A DNA stretch of 64,000 bases from IMG/VR virus record IMGVR_UViG_3300031998_000004; one strand, 5' to 3'. Each line of letters begins with the position of its first letter. The stretch's first letter is position 1. The stretch is from a virus (taxonomy: Duplodnaviria > Caudoviricetes). A model generated the notes under the pieces. It was not told where the DNA came from, made no database searches, and saw nothing but the letters and a program-made list of their open reading frames with translations. A program made the translations under genes and the position numbers. Positions 1-9,123 of this stretch are shown here, in pieces.

Positions 1-128
1 TGGTCAAAGGTCTTGACATGTTCGTAAGTGTCTTTCTTAAATTTAATAGCGGATAACTGAATAACGTAATCTTCCGTTTGCGAGAGACCCGTGGTCTCAA
101 CATCAAATGCAACAATGTAATGATTCAT
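1..128 (-). CDS. DEDDh 3'-5' exonuclease (DNA pol III epsilon-like), N-terminal part; runs off the window edge
   Basis: Manual translation MNHYIVAFDVETTGLSQTEDYVIQLSAIKF...; ExoI motif FDVETTGL. Confidence 0.85.
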   Translation of the reverse strand, partial: MNHYIVAFDVETTGLSQTEDYVIQLSAIKFKKDTYEHVKTFD

Positions 129-164
129 GTATAAATATACTTATATTACTGTGATTATTTATCC

Positions 165-434
165 ATGAAGGATATTAAACAATATATACTTGAACGAGAC
201 GCTAATACCCTCCCCGCTCGTATCACAGTAGATGATGATAAGGAGAAGGGTATCTTGAAGGTTTCTTTTGGAAAGAATGGTTGGGGTTTGAGTAATGAGT
301 TCTCACAGATTGGAGAGATCGTCCAGGAGTACTCGAGACAGAATAACATCTATATCAGAAAATGTATCATTGACGAACTTGATGATGTATATGATATAGA
401 GTTTACGTATTCAAATAAACACTTTAACGACTGA
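165..434 (+). CDS. hypothetical protein, putative internal head protein
   Basis: N-terminus MKDIKQYILE resembles T4 capsid-targeting sequence (MKTYQEFIAE). Confidence 0.6.
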   Translation: MKDIKQYILERDANTLPARITVDDDKEKGILKVSFGKNGWGLSNEFSQIGEIVQEYSRQNNIYIRKCIIDELDDVYDIEFTYSNKHFND

Positions 435-922
435 TGAAAAGCTTACAGGAAAGTCTATTTGACAAAGACATAATCCAGAACTCTGATGTCAGACTTGGGG
501 AACTCTATGAGATATCTCCTGTCATTCACTACTGTGGTGTTACCAACAACATCCGTGAGGTGTTGGGGATGTTTGATGAGAAGGCTTGGGCTCGCGCAAA
601 GTGGCCTCTTCACGTTCGCGAAGATTGTAGTTTTATTGAATACTGGTCGGATATTGAACCAAGGAGACTTGTTCCTTTTATAAATATGTTCTTCAATCTC
701 CCGATGTCAGACATTAATAAACTCTTTGAAAAACCATCTACTGGAAGCGAGCATCTTGCAAAGTGTCTTGAGAAGTATTATTCATATCATGGTGCGAAAG
801 CAAAGCACATCTATATTGTTGGCCGAAAATTAGATAAAGATAGACTTATTGAAATAACAGTGTATAAGGATATTCTCGTTCCTAGTCCGAGTAGTATAAA
901 ATTAACATTTGAGAAACGATGA
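434..922 (+). CDS. MKxLxE-SLFD family protein, putative internal head protein
   Basis: MKSLQESLFDKDII; full-length paralog of next gene (both end PSSIKLTFEKR). Confidence 0.75.
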   Translation: MKSLQESLFDKDIIQNSDVRLGELYEISPVIHYCGVTNNIREVLGMFDEKAWARAKWPLHVREDCSFIEYWSDIEPRRLVPFINMFFNLPMSDINKLFEKPSTGSEHLAKCLEKYYSYHGAKAKHIYIVGRKLDKDRLIEITVYKDILVPSPSSIKLTFEKR

Positions 923-1413
923 AAACTCTAATGGAAAGTCTACAAGAAAGTCTATTTGACAAAGACATAGTAAAGGGCTCTGAGGTAAAACTTGGAGAAC
1001 TTTATGAGTTGTCTCCTGTTAGACACCATAATATGGTAATTAACAGTATACATAAAGTCCTCAATATGTTTGATGAGAAAAAATTGAAGAAAGAGAATTT
1101 TACTTTTAAGACAAACAGAGATCATGATTTCATAGACCTTTATGGATATCACACATGCATTGCTGAGTTTGTTGATATGATTCTTAATATACCTATGCAA
1201 GATATCAATAAGATATTCGAAGAACCATACAATGGAAACAAGCATATCGCTTCTACTATCGAGAAGTACTATTCAAACGGTGGATATTATGCAAAAAACA
1301 TTTATATAGTAGGTAGAAAACTTAGTGCGGGAAAATTGATTGAACTCACAGTATATGAGAATATCAATAATAGTTCTCCATCAAGCATAAAATTAACATT
1401 TGAAAAACGATGA
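919..1413 (+). CDS. MKxLxE-SLFD family protein
   Basis: MKTLMESLQESLFDKDIV; ATGA overlap; paralog of 434..922. Confidence 0.75.
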   Translation: MKTLMESLQESLFDKDIVKGSEVKLGELYELSPVRHHNMVINSIHKVLNMFDEKKLKKENFTFKTNRDHDFIDLYGYHTCIAEFVDMILNIPMQDINKIFEEPYNGNKHIASTIEKYYSNGGYYAKNIYIVGRKLSAGKLIELTVYENINNSSPSSIKLTFEKR

Positions 1414-1985
1414 AGACATTATCGGAAAGTCTATTTGATAATAATTTAGTAGAGAAAGATATACTTGAGAATCCCGAGTTTAAGAAATGGATTAATCAAC
1501 CGAATACTCTTTGGTATATTTATTATTACTGGGAGTGTGGGGAAGAAGATTGGTTAAATGATTTCATGAAAGAAGATTGGCGAGTATACAAACCACTTGT
1601 TGATGAATTGTTGGAAATAATAACTAATTCTATGGGTAAGGTGTATACTTGGTATATGATTAATTTAGATCAATTTTATTATTCCGATGAGGTAAAAGAC
1701 AAGTTTGCTGATGAGGCTGAGTTTTATGATATGATGAATGACGCGAACTCCATAATTATTCATAGTCGCTCGGAGACAAAAGATGGAATATCGAAATCTG
1801 GTTTTCGTGGTCCTCTTCCGAAAAACAGCAGTGTGACTGCTCTTCTTCAACAACTTGAAGAGAAATTTACAAAACCCGGGCTTGTTGACGGAGGATTTTT
1901 CCTCACTAATGAAGATACTATAATAGTACTAGCGTTTCCAAAAAGAACCCCAAAAAATATACTTAAATTATTTAATCTCGATTAA
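1410..1985 (+). CDS. MKxLxE-SLFD family protein
   Basis: MKTLSESLFDNNLV; ATGA overlap. Confidence 0.75.
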   Translation: MKTLSESLFDNNLVEKDILENPEFKKWINQPNTLWYIYYYWECGEEDWLNDFMKEDWRVYKPLVDELLEIITNSMGKVYTWYMINLDQFYYSDEVKDKFADEAEFYDMMNDANSIIIHSRSETKDGISKSGFRGPLPKNSSVTALLQQLEEKFTKPGLVDGGFFLTNEDTIIVLAFPKRTPKNILKLFNLD

Positions 1986-2194
1986 TGATACCGATCAAAT
2001 CATATATGGCTGATGCTCTTGTAGGGAAACGATTACACTTCAGGTGCGATTGTCTCCTAAACATAGACGTAGTCGGAACAGTCAAAGGGTGGAGCCTGTA
2101 TCATGATGAGATTATATGGGATGTGTATACCGATGAAGGTAAGTTTATTAGGATTGGTGAGAATCATCCAAATATGTTTATAAATGAATTGTAG
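1985..2194 (+). CDS. small hypothetical protein
   Basis: ORF packed between family genes with stop/start overlap. Confidence 0.6.
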   Translation: MIPIKSYMADALVGKRLHFRCDCLLNIDVVGTVKGWSLYHDEIIWDVYTDEGKFIRIGENHPNMFINEL

Positions 2195-2198
2195 CAGC

Positions 2199-2774
2199 AT
2201 GAAAACCTTACGAGAAAGCTTGTTTGATAAAGATATAATCGAGAAAGACCCAATTGATTTTACTGAGTTTAAGAATCTTTGTAAGAGACCCGAGACTCGT
2301 GCGGATATATTTAAGATTATCATGGCTATTATGATGACTCCGAATAATTACATACCCGATTGGTACATAACTACTTATAAAGAAAATGATAGAGTCCTGG
2401 ACTATATTATTAATGCTTTGCGTGATCAATTCAAAAAGAATGGTTGTACTTGGTTTGATGTTGAAGATGGAGACTTCGAAGAAGCTGGTGATGAGATGAC
2501 TGATGAGGAAATCGACAAGGCAAACGAATGGTTAAGAGAGTTCTTCAATAAAGCAATAGAAGATGATTGTGGATGTAGGTTTAAGATATGTAAAGGTAAG
2601 ATTCCAGACTTCCTCAAAAAACTCTTCAAAAATACAGGGTATTGGTTCGATAAACTGAATCAGATAGATACTTGGGCTGTTGGGTATTATAGAAATGGAG
2701 AACAAATCCTATCATTCTATGGCTGTCCAAAAGGTCTCGATCCTACCGTTAAAAAACTATTATATAATCAATGA
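2199..2774 (+). CDS. MKxLxE-SLFD family protein
   Basis: Start re-assigned to MKTLRESLFDKDII. Confidence 0.75.
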   Translation: MKTLRESLFDKDIIEKDPIDFTEFKNLCKRPETRADIFKIIMAIMMTPNNYIPDWYITTYKENDRVLDYIINALRDQFKKNGCTWFDVEDGDFEEAGDEMTDEEIDKANEWLREFFNKAIEDDCGCRFKICKGKIPDFLKKLFKNTGYWFDKLNQIDTWAVGYYRNGEQILSFYGCPKGLDPTVKKLLYNQ

Positions 2775-3322
2775 AGACTCTCAGAGAAAGCCTGTTTGAT
2801 GATAATCTTGTATCAAAAGATATAAGATTGGGAGATCTGTATGAGTTGGAGTTTGTTCATTTACAAAGTCCTTATTGTTTTAATAAACTATATACAAAAA
2901 GAATTATCTCACAGAATTCGAAATTGGCTGACGAAAAGGACCTTAAGAAATATTGGTATTATTATGGTTCGGATAAGAATTATAAAACCCCACCACCAGA
3001 GATGGAAGCCGTGAGTAATGTAATTATTGGAGAAATAGAAAAATTTCCAATGTATAAAGCACAAGGCGAACCACGAGGAAATGGGTTTTTGTATGTGTTT
3101 ATTCAAGGACCAGATGACCCGTTTTCTAATGCACTGAGACAATATTTACACGAATTTATAGACCCATATATTGTTGCGATGCAACCACATCGGATTTATG
3201 TGGATACTAATTATAAGTATCATAAACAAGAAGGATACATTCAAGTTAAAATTGGTAAAAACACAAATCGAGGAAGATCAAGTATTCCAGATAGTATAGA
3301 ATTTGTATTTAGAAAAAAATGA
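2771..3322 (+). CDS. MKxLxE-SLFD family protein
   Basis: MKTLRESLFDDNLVSKDIRLGDLYEL; shares the LGxLYEL block with 434, 919 and 3975. Confidence 0.75.
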   Translation: MKTLRESLFDDNLVSKDIRLGDLYELEFVHLQSPYCFNKLYTKRIISQNSKLADEKDLKKYWYYYGSDKNYKTPPPEMEAVSNVIIGEIEKFPMYKAQGEPRGNGFLYVFIQGPDDPFSNALRQYLHEFIDPYIVAMQPHRIYVDTNYKYHKQEGYIQVKIGKNTNRGRSSIPDSIEFVFRKK

Positions 3323-3978
3323 AACACTTAAAAACATATATAGAATGTGATGCTGGAATCACCGCGACTCCCACAAATACCATGGGTATGGGTAATCCAG
3401 GAGAGATCGCTCCAGACACTCTTTCCGAACCCATCGGTGGAACAGCGAAGTCTGAAGTGGAGAAGAAAAAGAAAAAGAAGAAAATGAAGTCTCTGGCGGA
3501 ATCTCTTTTCGATATTGACAATAATGTTACAAACGACTTAACTTTTGGTGGAACATTTAAGTTGGTTAATATAGAAACAAAAGACTCATTATCTAGGCCA
3601 GGACATGGACAAACTAGAGGCAGAATGGTGAAAATGAAAAGTAAACCTGAGGATATGTACAAGGTGAGTTTAATATCAAAACACTCTGGCTTGAAGGTCA
3701 ATAAAGATATGGAGTCAATAGCAGCTGCTCTAGCTGTTATAGTTGAGAAAATCCCATTTACTGCTGAGTCTATAAAAATGTCTTTATATGATTTTTCTCA
3801 AACAACTTTAAAACCACTCAAACAATACTATTCATCTAATGTAGGAGCTGGATATTTGAGTATGGGTGCTGATGTATATGCACACACACCAGACTGGAAG
3901 AGAGATGTCGATGTGTTAGATGCCCATGAAGTGGATATAGATTTCTTGAACATAAAATTACACTACGTTAAAAAATGA
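3319..3978 (+). CDS. double-leader protein (MKHLKTYIE...K7-MKSLAESLFD)
   Basis: CTS-like start plus an in-frame internal family start at 3484. Confidence 0.7.
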   Translation: MKHLKTYIECDAGITATPTNTMGMGNPGEIAPDTLSEPIGGTAKSEVEKKKKKKKMKSLAESLFDIDNNVTNDLTFGGTFKLVNIETKDSLSRPGHGQTRGRMVKMKSKPEDMYKVSLISKHSGLKVNKDMESIAAALAVIVEKIPFTAESIKMSLYDFSQTTLKPLKQYYSSNVGAGYLSMGADVYAHTPDWKRDVDVLDAHEVDIDFLNIKLHYVKK

Positions 3979-4502
3979 AGACATTAGTGGAGAGTTTATT
4001 TGACGACAATATTAAAAAAGACATCCATCTCGGAGACTTACTCGAACTCGAAAAATGGGATACACCAGAGGCATGGGATGACGATATAATATCTAAAATG
4101 TTGAGAGCAAACTACGATATGAAGAAAGCAAAATCCCTCATAAACAAACCCAAGTGGAAGAAGTTTTTAGAACCATATCGTGATGAATATAAAAAACCCC
4201 CAACTAATTATATTAATGCTAAATACAATTGGGAAACGATTTGTTGGTATTTGACTTGGGTGGCGCTGAGTTGTGGTTCTGGAAAAGAAGCAGAGACAAA
4301 ACTTGTAGAATATTTGAAAGATATATCTTACGAAGATGAATTGGCTGATGAATTCACAATCAATGAGGTGGAAGTAATATCTCTTAATCGATCATTTATG
4401 AACGGGCTACCAAGAATGATAGTATTCAAGTTCCATACGAGATACGACAATATAAAAGAAGGAGTTAAAATACTTTATATGACATTAAAAAAGAAGGACT
4501 AA
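3975..4502 (+). CDS. MKxLxE-SLFD family protein
   Basis: MKTLVESLFDDNIKKDIHLGDLLEL. Confidence 0.75.
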   Translation: MKTLVESLFDDNIKKDIHLGDLLELEKWDTPEAWDDDIISKMLRANYDMKKAKSLINKPKWKKFLEPYRDEYKKPPTNYINAKYNWETICWYLTWVALSCGSGKEAETKLVEYLKDISYEDELADEFTINEVEVISLNRSFMNGLPRMIVFKFHTRYDNIKEGVKILYMTLKKKD

Positions 4503-4520
4503 CGTCCTTCTTTCTTTTTA
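4487..4520. terminator. bidirectional intrinsic terminator
   Basis: aaagaaggac-taac-gtccttcttt hairpin with A/T tracts between convergent gene blocks. Confidence 0.75.
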
Positions 4521-4747
4521 TCCACCAACGCGGCTATGTATGTTCCTGCCGCAGCCACCATACATATTAATCCAAAACAAATCAGAAACATCATTTACTT
4601 GGTTGACTTATCGTTTTTTAATTCAGGGAACTGTGTAAGGAGGACTAACCGAGCCTCTTCACTGAGGTTCTGTGCGAGGAGCTTACGTGCCTGTTCTAAT
4701 TCTAACTCTCTACTTTTCATACTATTATAGGTTTATTTATAATAATA

Positions 4748-5158
4748 CTAACACCCATGCGCATATTTACCGAAACGTTTGTATAAAATAGTCGAAATCT
4801 TCTTTTTAACGTCTCGGTTCACCTGATAGTAACGTTTCTGGTTGTAAACCAAGCAAGGAAGTTCCAGACCCCTGATAGTCTCTTCAAAGACCGGGTAAAG
4901 ATGATATGTATCCATTCCGGGTACATCTCCATACATTGAACGAAAGATACTATGTTCTTCTTTGAAGGTCCCCGTAGGAATCTTGGTGGTCTTCTTTGCT
5001 CCCCAAAATAATTTTTTCTGTCTGGGAGTTAACGCAAATGAACCCTCACGCGGAATCAGGGTACTACCACTGTTGGATATCTTATAGTTCTTAAGGATCA
5101 TCTTATCGCTCTCTGCCTGGAGCTGTTTGGGATCAAGGTGGTTGTCAAATACACTCAT
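4748..5158 (-). CDS. MS[ILV]F-tag family hypothetical protein
   Basis: MSVFDNHL. Confidence 0.75.
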   Translation of the reverse strand: MSVFDNHLDPKQLQAESDKMILKNYKISNSGSTLIPREGSFALTPRQKKLFWGAKKTTKIPTGTFKEEHSIFRSMYGDVPGMDTYHLYPVFEETIRGLELPCLVYNQKRYYQVNRDVKKKISTILYKRFGKYAHGC

Positions 5159-5161
5159 ATT

Positions 5162-5587
5162 CTAAAATTTATAAATTTTCTTATGTTGAAAGGCTCTTCT
5201 TCTTATTACTTGAGAGATCCAATATTCATTAAATGCATTATATAAAGGCCAAAGTACCGCTTTATCAAAATAAATTTGATTCTTAAAAATCAGTTTTCTT
5301 ATGTCCGGGTGTCCAAACCCATGTGCGAATTTAGAAAAATCCCATTCCGAAGGAAGATCATAATTATCAAGCATCCTTGCTATATCAGCAACACCTTCAT
5401 TCATATAAAAATCCCAAACAACACTTATTGGAACAAACATCCTACCAGAGCGGCTCCTAAGCGCATCAGTAAATGTTCCAGACTTCTCTACTAAAACAAT
5501 TGCTCCATAATCGGTTGAAAAAAACCAATTGTAATGCTCAAGAATGAAGTCGTCTTGATTGGTGATATGATCACTAAATATACTCAT
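5162..5587 (-). CDS. MS[ILV]F-tag family hypothetical protein
   Basis: MSIFSDHI (start re-assigned). Confidence 0.75.
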   Translation of the reverse strand: MSIFSDHITNQDDFILEHYNWFFSTDYGAIVLVEKSGTFTDALRSRSGRMFVPISVVWDFYMNEGVADIARMLDNYDLPSEWDFSKFAHGFGHPDIRKLIFKNQIYFDKAVLWPLYNAFNEYWISQVIRRRAFQHKKIYKF

Positions 5588-5595
5588 ATATTTAA

Positions 5596-6033
5596 TTACC
5601 AAATAACTTCAGAATCTTTAAGTATATATAAAAACAATTGCTCCGCAAGATGACTCATCATTCCATGAGGAATAATATAGAAAGGAGTATCTTTGTATGT
5701 AATAAATTCACCAATATCACTAAATAACTTCATCGGATATATAACAACGCCCACATTATGTTCTTCTAGTTCCCGTTCGACTATAAATTTAAATTGCTCA
5801 TCAGTAATCTTCCCAATATATCCCGGACACATAGTATATATAATGTTCATCAATTCATCAAAACAAAGTAATCTCTGACCATTATATTCTTTTTCATATT
5901 CGCGACGTGGAAGAAGTTCAACAATAGTGCAGTGTCCTTTTCCGTCCGGCCCCACAGCTGGTATAAACCTTTGATTTATTAAACGGTATTCGGCTTCTTT
6001 GTCATACCCGTCTATTGAAGAAAATATACTCAT
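5596..6033 (-). CDS. MS[ILV]F-tag family hypothetical protein
   Basis: MSIFSSID. Confidence 0.75.
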   Translation of the reverse strand: MSIFSSIDGYDKEAEYRLINQRFIPAVGPDGKGHCTIVELLPRREYEKEYNGQRLLCFDELMNIIYTMCPGYIGKITDEQFKFIVERELEEHNVGVVIYPMKLFSDIGEFITYKDTPFYIIPHGMMSHLAEQLFLYILKDSEVIW

Positions 6034-6500
6034 TTCTTATGCGTGCGTTTGAAATACTTCGAGTTACACGTTTCTTTGGATATATAATTAAACATCGTCT
6101 CAATGATTCTATTTTTAAGACTAGATGGATTGGCATCATACAAATCGGTTTTAATATAGGTGTCTCCTTTATATTGCAAAACGCCACACTCCGTAATCAT
6201 TCTATTAAATCGAACCATAAGATTTCCCTCGTCCAGTTTACTTAATTCAATCTTGCCTCTGTCTTTTTTCGAGACAATATCTCGTATACTATCGAGTGTT
6301 CTACCTACATAGTAAAAGAAAACATACATCGGGTTATAATATACACTACCATGAGGATAACTAAACTTACCATCAAGATTTTTAGGAAAGAGTCCTTTCC
6401 GAATCCTTTTCCCCTTCACATAATCCCATTCGAGATTGTAAAGCTGCTCGATAGTATCATCGTTGGTTGCCTGGATGTTGTCGTTGCCAAATATACTCAT
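6030..6500 (-). CDS. MS[ILV]F-tag family hypothetical protein
   Basis: MSIFGNDNI. Confidence 0.75.
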   Translation of the reverse strand: MSIFGNDNIQATNDDTIEQLYNLEWDYVKGKRIRKGLFPKNLDGKFSYPHGSVYYNPMYVFFYYVGRTLDSIRDIVSKKDRGKIELSKLDEGNLMVRFNRMITECGVLQYKGDTYIKTDLYDANPSSLKNRIIETMFNYISKETCNSKYFKRTHKK

Positions 6501-6503
6501 GAC

Positions 6504-6962
6504 CTACTTATAATCGTAATTAAGTTTATACTTATATATCGGATATATACTACTTATATACTTTGCAAAGGACCTAATCAACCAATAATGATTTTGTTTT
6601 TCGTAATATTTGTGTTTTTTGTAAGTGATGTATTTTCCGTTTTCAATATCCTGAAAAAAGATCTTTTCAAGATCACGGATATGCCTCAACTCAACGTGTT
6701 TTCTAACCTTAATGTTTGCTGCTCCTTTTTTGTGAGATGTTCGAAGATCTATTTCAATCATCGTAACAGCCCCCTGATATATATCCCAAAAGTCAGTATT
6801 TCTCTTATCTACATACTCTACACCATCATATCTTATAGACCACACATCATTATATGCAGGGTCTTCACTCTTGAAAAAACTGTATCTTTTCATCTGGTCC
6901 GCGTGTTCTTCAAGAAAGGCGTCGTTAATTCCTTCTTCGGTTGTTCTATCAAATACACTCAT
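6504..6962 (-). CDS. MS[ILV]F-tag family hypothetical protein
   Basis: MSVFDRTT. Confidence 0.75.
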   Translation of the reverse strand: MSVFDRTTEEGINDAFLEEHADQMKRYSFFKSEDPAYNDVWSIRYDGVEYVDKRNTDFWDIYQGAVTMIEIDLRTSHKKGAANIKVRKHVELRHIRDLEKIFFQDIENGKYITYKKHKYYEKQNHYWLIRSFAKYISSIYPIYKYKLNYDYK

Positions 6963-6965
6963 ATC

Positions 6966-7424
6966 TTATTCAAGTGGTCCGTCCCAATGGAACTTGTGTT
7001 TCTCACAATACTTTAAAATCAAGTTAATTTCATACATGGTATGAAAACTACGAACATCCCGCCAACAAAAATAGAGGAGCCCTTTGTACATATGCGCTCT
7101 TATTTCTCCATTATCATATGCCTTTTGAATAGCTCGGAGGTAGTGTCTTTTATCTATACGAATATTAGAAAATTCCTCTACATGATACTGTTTTGCCATC
7201 TTATAGGTTCTCCAAGGCCTCCAATCATTATACGCAGCTATAGCAGTGCAGTAATCTCCGCGATCCCATATATCATGGGGTGCTTTGTTCATTCTTGGAT
7301 ATAACCATCCATCGCTCCTACCCCATGCACCATTCCACAAGGGAGCGTCCGAGTCCTCAGATCTTTCGTACCACTGGCTAAGGATTTCGTCAGATTCTAC
7401 TATATGATTGGTAAATATACTCAT
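6966..7424 (-). CDS. MS[ILV]F-tag family hypothetical protein
   Basis: MSIFTNHI. Confidence 0.75.
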   Translation of the reverse strand: MSIFTNHIVESDEILSQWYERSEDSDAPLWNGAWGRSDGWLYPRMNKAPHDIWDRGDYCTAIAAYNDWRPWRTYKMAKQYHVEEFSNIRIDKRHYLRAIQKAYDNGEIRAHMYKGLLYFCWRDVRSFHTMYEINLILKYCEKHKFHWDGPLE

Positions 7425-7819
7425 AGTCCGTGATGTCTTAAAATTATGTCTCTATCCATATCGTTTTCAAAACGACATAAATCTCCAACATTGTAATAAG
7501 TCTCTCCATTCAGAATCAGGATTCTAACATCACCGCTGGCTACCTTTCTGGAGAGTTTGTTGATATAAGTCTGTCTTCTAGGTTGATAGCTGATTCGGAA
7601 CCCAGCAAAGTAGTTTCGTTTTCCGGCGAGATAAGTCTCCCAAGCTTCTTCAAGTATAATATAAGAAGTGTGTTTGTATGTGGAGCCACGATCTCCCTTA
7701 TCGATAAGGTAAGTCCGGTCTTCTCTCTTACCACGATCAACATTGGTATAATATCCCAACTCGAACTTTTCGAGAATTATATCGTCTGCTTTGGCTATAT
7801 GATCTTCAAATACACTCAT
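7421..7819 (-). CDS. MS[ILV]F-tag family hypothetical protein
   Basis: MSVFEDHI. Confidence 0.75.
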   Translation of the reverse strand: MSVFEDHIAKADDIILEKFELGYYTNVDRGKREDRTYLIDKGDRGSTYKHTSYIILEEAWETYLAGKRNYFAGFRISYQPRRQTYINKLSRKVASGDVRILILNGETYYNVGDLCRFENDMDRDIILRHHGL

Positions 7820-7822
7820 GTA

Positions 7823-7853
7823 TATATTTACTAAAACTCTCTCAAATCTTTAG
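7823..7853 (-). promoter_or_regulatory. putative phage promoter YTAAA-N18-TAWW
   Basis: CTAAA-N18-TAAATATA directly upstream of MS[ILV]F array A; same spacing at >=10 other sites. Confidence 0.6.
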
Positions 7854-7886
7854 TTTTTGCTATCATACTTCGTGTATAACAAAAGA

Positions 7887-7924
7887 AAAAAGAAGAGATG
7901 ATAAAATGGTCATCTCTTCTTTTC
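7887..7924 (-). terminator. intrinsic terminator after SSB gene
   Basis: aaagaagagatga/tcatctcttcttt inverted repeat. Confidence 0.7.
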
Positions 7925-7944
7925 AAGCGCTTTAAATCGAATCT

Positions 7945-9036
7945 TTAGAAAGGAAGATCCTCACCAGGAGCAGCACCGAAAGCGGTCTCTATCTGTGCTT
8001 CGGGAGAAGCGGGAGCTTCTGCTACAGCAGCACCGGCTTCAATGAGAGGGTTGCCCTGCTTGAAATCCTCGTAAGAGATGTTCTCAGGATTCTTACCAGC
8101 AAGAACAATCTCAATCCACTGATTGACTTTCTTCTCGGTATTCTCATCCCATTCCTTCCAACCACACTCCTGACGGAGATCAAACGCATTCTCCTTTACA
8201 TAATTGTAAGCAATCTCGTAAAGAGGACGGAGCTGAGGACGAAGTGCTTCAAGCTGGTTAGCAGCTGCCTTACGCTTGGCTTCGGTCTTTGCACCAGTGC
8301 TATCCTTGATAGCAGTTACATAGTTGTCAATCACCTCGAGCTGCTCTTCGGTGAAGAGAGGAGTACCATCAGTCTTGATGATAGGTGCGTAATCACCAAA
8401 ATCACAGAGATTGTAGTTAATCTCACGCTGCTTACGCTGAGGATTTGCAGGGTCATCCGGACCAGGAACAACCTCCATGTTGAGTTCGAGACCAATAACA
8501 TAATCCATTACAGGATAAGGGGTCTTCTTGGAGTCCTTACTCGGAGCCATGCGTGCCTTGAGCTTATCATGAATTGCCTGGGGAAGCTTCATTGCCATGA
8601 ACTTACCAACGAGATCCGGCTTATTCTCATCTTCGAGAATCTGTACGATCACATAGTCGCTTTCATTTTTCTGGAAAAGACTCTTTGCACGTTCCTTCTC
8701 GGCATCGTCTCCTGAAAACCATAGCTTCTTCCACGCCCTAAAAATCGGACAGTTTTTAAACTCCGGGTCGCTCGGTCCATTACCAAGGCGACTTCTTACG
8801 AGCATGCTTCCGTCTGCACTCTTAAGAAAATAAGTTGCCTGATGAACGATTGAGTCCTTGGGTGCGGTAGGATTATACACCACTCGCGCCTTACTGAGAT
8901 AGTGACCAGACTCCGACTTGGTGTCCTTGGGATTAGTCTTGTAGATGTTAGCGTCATAGGAACGCTGCTCGGGTTCGTTGAATGCGGATACATCCTGAGG
9001 ATTGAAACCCATTACCTCATCAATAAAATCTGCCAT
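7945..9036 (-). CDS. single-stranded DNA-binding protein, T4 gp32-like
   Basis: CPI..AW..LW, vQILEDENKPDLVGK motifs of gp32-like SSBs; acidic/Ala-rich tail ending EDLPF. Confidence 0.75.
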   Translation of the reverse strand: MADFIDEVMGFNPQDVSAFNEPEQRSYDANIYKTNPKDTKSESGHYLSKARVVYNPTAPKDSIVHQATYFLKSADGSMLVRSRLGNGPSDPEFKNCPIFRAWKKLWFSGDDAEKERAKSLFQKNESDYVIVQILEDENKPDLVGKFMAMKLPQAIHDKLKARMAPSKDSKKTPYPVMDYVIGLELNMEVVPGPDDPANPQRKQREINYNLCDFGDYAPIIKTDGTPLFTEEQLEVIDNYVTAIKDSTGAKTEAKRKAAANQLEALRPQLRPLYEIAYNYVKENAFDLRQECGWKEWDENTEKKVNQWIEIVLAGKNPENISYEDFKQGNPLIEAGAAVAEAPASPEAQIETAFGAAPGEDLPF

Positions 9037-9123
9037 AATTTGTTTAATTTATTTGAACTAATTTATTTGGTTAATTGTTGAAAATTGGCATTTCCAACTC
9101 TTTAAATAATATAGTAAAAATTG

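Noticed and set aside
6351-7016. 221-aa + strand ORF and similar short antisense ORFs in the track
   Set aside because: They overlap well-supported genes on the opposite strand and have no motifs
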